A DNA stretch of 64,000 bases from a phage, in the sequence record PZ386948.1, one strand, 5' to 3'. A program made the position numbers and the translations under genes. Positions 61,689 to 64,000 of the stretch are shown in pieces. A model generated the notes under the pieces. It did no database searches. It saw nothing but the letters and a program-made list of their open reading frames with translations, and was not told the origin of the DNA. Each line of letters begins with the position of its first letter. Position 1 is the first letter of the stretch.

Positions 61689-62347
61689 TGAGTTTACTTA
61701 ATAATAAAGCGGGAGTTATTTCCCGCTTAGCAGATTTTCTTGGTTTTAGAACTAAGAAAAATGATATTTCGGTTATGAATAATCAGCCGGTAGGCGCTGT
61801 AACAATTTCACAAATAGCAAAAGGTTTTTATGACCCAAATGTAGAATCTGCTATCAATGATGTTAGAAATATGGCAGAGCAACAGGTTGGAGCTGTATTA
61901 ATTAATATAAGCGGCGTATCTCCTACTGGAGTGCAACAAACAGACTATTGGTCATTTGAAGGAACTGTTACTGATACTTCAGCCAAACCAGGTGACCCAG
62001 TTATTGTTAACATGTTTGGTATTCCAGTTAAAGCTACTAACGGAATGACTTCAATTGAATTTACCAGTGCCGTTAGAATAGCTCTACAGGAAATGGTTGC
62101 AAAATTTATTGCAATTGATTCATTTGAAGACCATCCTACCATAGGAAATAAAATACAAGTTAAGTATTTAGATAACCAAGAACATATCTTAGAGCAATAC
62201 TCTGATAAAGGAATTACTTTCAAGCAAGAAATAATTTCTCCTTCTAAACCTGGATATGGAACTTGGCAATTATTAGGTGCGCAAACTGTCACGTTAGATA
62301 GTCACACACAACCTACAGTATTTTATTATTTTGAGAGAATAGCATGA
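61688..62347 (+). CDS. 11: baseplate wedge / tail pin protein gp11
   Basis: Start set at [17 protein letters not shown] (219 aa), overlapping gp10 stop. Confidence 0.85.
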   Translation: MSLLNNKAGVISRLADFLGFRTKKNDISVMNNQPVGAVTISQIAKGFYDPNVESAINDVRNMAEQQVGAVLINISGVSPTGVQQTDYWSFEGTVTDTSAKPGDPVIVNMFGIPVKATNGMTSIEFTSAVRIALQEMVAKFIAIDSFEDHPTIGNKIQVKYLDNQEHILEQYSDKGITFKQEIISPSKPGYGTWQLLGAQTVTLDSHTQPTVFYYFERIA

Positions 62348-63927
62348 GTAATAATACATATCAACACGTTTCTAATGAATCTCGTTATGTAAAATTTGAT
62401 CCAACTGGTACAAATTTTCCGGAAGAGATTACTGATGTTCAGGCTGCTATAGCAGCCATTTCTCCTGCTGGCGTAAATGGAGTTCCTGATGCATCGTCAA
62501 CAACAAAGGGAATTTTATTTCTTGCCACTGAACAGGAAGTTATAGATGGAACTAATAATACCAAAGCAGTTACACCAGCAACGTTGGCAACAAGATTATC
62601 ATATCCAAATGCTACCGAAGAAGTTTATGGACTTACACGTTATTCAACAGACGATGAAGCTGTAGCTGGTGTTAATAATGAATCATCTATAACTCCGGCT
62701 AAATTTACTACAGCAATTAATCACATTTTTGATACACGAATTTCTTCTGAAAGTTCACTTGGCGTTATTAAGTTATCATCTCTACCGCAAGCATTAGCTG
62801 GTGCAGATGATACTACTGCAATGACTCCATTAAAAACGCAGCAGTTAGCTATTAAATTAATTGCGCAAATTGCTCCTTCTGAAACCACAGCTACCGAATC
62901 GGACCAAGGTGTTGTTCAATTAGCAACAGTAGCGCAGGTTCGTCAGGGAACTTTAAGAGAAGGCTATGCAATTTCTCCTTATACGTTTATGAATTCATCT
63001 GCTACTGAAGAATATAAAGGCGTAATTAAATTAGGAACACAATCAGAAGTTAACTCGAATAATGCTTCTGTTGCTGTTACTGGTGCAACTCTTAATGGTC
63101 GTGGTTCTACAACGTCAATGAGAGGCGTAGTTAAATTAACTACAACTGCCGGCTCACAGAGTGGAGGTGATGCTTCATCAGCACTAGCTTGGAATGCTGA
63201 CGTTATCCATCAAAGAGGCGGTCAAACTATTAATGGAACACTCCGCATTAATAACACGCTTACAATAGCTTCAGGTGGAGCAAATATTACCGGAACAGTT
63301 AACATGACCGGTGGTTATATTCAAGGTAAGCGTGTCGTAACACAAAATGAAATTGATAGAACTATTCCTGTCGGAGCTATTATGATGTGGGCCGCTGATA
63401 GTCTTCCTAGTGATGCTTGGCGTTTTTGTCATGGCGGAACTGTTTCAGCATCAGATTGTCCATTATATGCTTCTAGAATTGGAACAAGATACGGCGGAAG
63501 TTCATCAAATCCTGGATTACCTGATATGCGCGGTCTTTTTGTTCGCGGCTCTGGTCGCGGCTCTCACTTAACAAATCCAAATGTTAATGGTAATGACCAG
63601 TTTGGTAAGCCTAGATTAGGTGTAGGTTGTACTGGTGGATATGTTGGTGAAGTACAGAAACAACAGATGTCTTATCATAAACATGCTGGCGGATTTGGTG
63701 AGCATGATGATTCTGGAGCATTCGGTAATACCCGTAGATCAAATTTTGTTGGTACACGTAAAGGACTTGACTGGGATAACCGTTCATACTTCACCAATGA
63801 CGGATATGAAATTGACCCGGCATCACAACGAAATTCCAAATATACATTAAATCGTCCTGAATTAATTGGAAATGAAACACGTCCATGGAACATTTCTTTA
63901 AACTACATAATTAAGGTAAAAGAATGA
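62344..63927 (+). CDS. 12: short tail fibre gp12
   Basis: 527 aa; T4 synteny and length. Confidence 0.88.
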   Translation: MSNNTYQHVSNESRYVKFDPTGTNFPEEITDVQAAIAAISPAGVNGVPDASSTTKGILFLATEQEVIDGTNNTKAVTPATLATRLSYPNATEEVYGLTRYSTDDEAVAGVNNESSITPAKFTTAINHIFDTRISSESSLGVIKLSSLPQALAGADDTTAMTPLKTQQLAIKLIAQIAPSETTATESDQGVVQLATVAQVRQGTLREGYAISPYTFMNSSATEEYKGVIKLGTQSEVNSNNASVAVTGATLNGRGSTTSMRGVVKLTTTAGSQSGGDASSALAWNADVIHQRGGQTINGTLRINNTLTIASGGANITGTVNMTGGYIQGKRVVTQNEIDRTIPVGAIMMWAADSLPSDAWRFCHGGTVSASDCPLYASRIGTRYGGSSSNPGLPDMRGLFVRGSGRGSHLTNPNVNGNDQFGKPRLGVGCTGGYVGEVQKQQMSYHKHAGGFGEHDDSGAFGNTRRSNFVGTRKGLDWDNRSYFTNDGYEIDPASQRNSKYTLNRPELIGNETRPWNISLNYIIKVKE

Positions 63928-63936
63928 GGATTACAA

Positions 63937-64000
63937 ATGATTGAATTAAAAGAGTTACCTTTTGTTGATAGCGTTCCTGACGAAGGTCAGGAACGTATTT
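63937..64000 (+). CDS. wac: fibritin (wac) N-terminus, runs off window end
   Basis: MIELKELPFVDSVPDEGQERI resembles remembered T4 fibritin N-terminus; follows gene 12. Confidence 0.55.
   Translation, partial: MIELKELPFVDSVPDEGQERI

Overview
This window is a contiguous stretch of a T4-like (T-even, Tequatrovirus-type) Escherichia phage genome, not identical to T4 itself. All assignments are from reading the translations against remembered T4 proteins and motifs; no database search was run. Gene order and protein lengths follow T4 closely. Minus strand, low to high coordinate: 5' part of DNA polymerase gene 43, regA, 62, 44, 45, rpbA, 46, an HNH homing-endonuclease ORF, 47, alpha-glucosyltransferase, 55, nrdH, nrdG, an intron-less nrdD, endonuclease VII (49), nrdC, a long block of unassigned ORFs, a MobD-like HNH endonuclease, rI, tk, a macro-domain ORF, regB, a GrcA-like glycyl-radical ORF, denV, lysozyme e, nudE, a tRNA cluster interrupted by GIY-YIG and HNH endonuclease genes, a tandem array of internal-protein-like genes with capsid-targeting N-termini, 57B (Acb1-like 2H phosphoesterase), 57A, 1, 3, 2, 4. 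Plus strand: baseplate genes 53, 5, 5.1, 5.4, 6, 7, 8, 9, 10, 11, 12 and the first codons of wac. Regulatory signals read directly: repeated early-type promoters (GTTTAC, about 17 nt, TGGTACTAT or TGGTATAAT), late promoters (TATAAATA) and many GC-stem hairpins that carry a UUCG loop on the minus-strand transcript. The most interesting loci are the internal-protein array (45079-46322) and a second capsid-targeting-like ORF (40695-41168), the homing-endonuclease-invaded tRNA cluster with a tRNA-like remnant and an adjacent ~300-nt non-coding region, and several conserved modules of unknown function (P-loop ATPase / small ORF / nucleotidyltransferase-like; macro domain plus secreted proteins; four tandem coiled-coil ORFs). 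No CRISPR array, integrase or transposase was seen. Small unassigned ORFs are listed at ORF-track coordinates.
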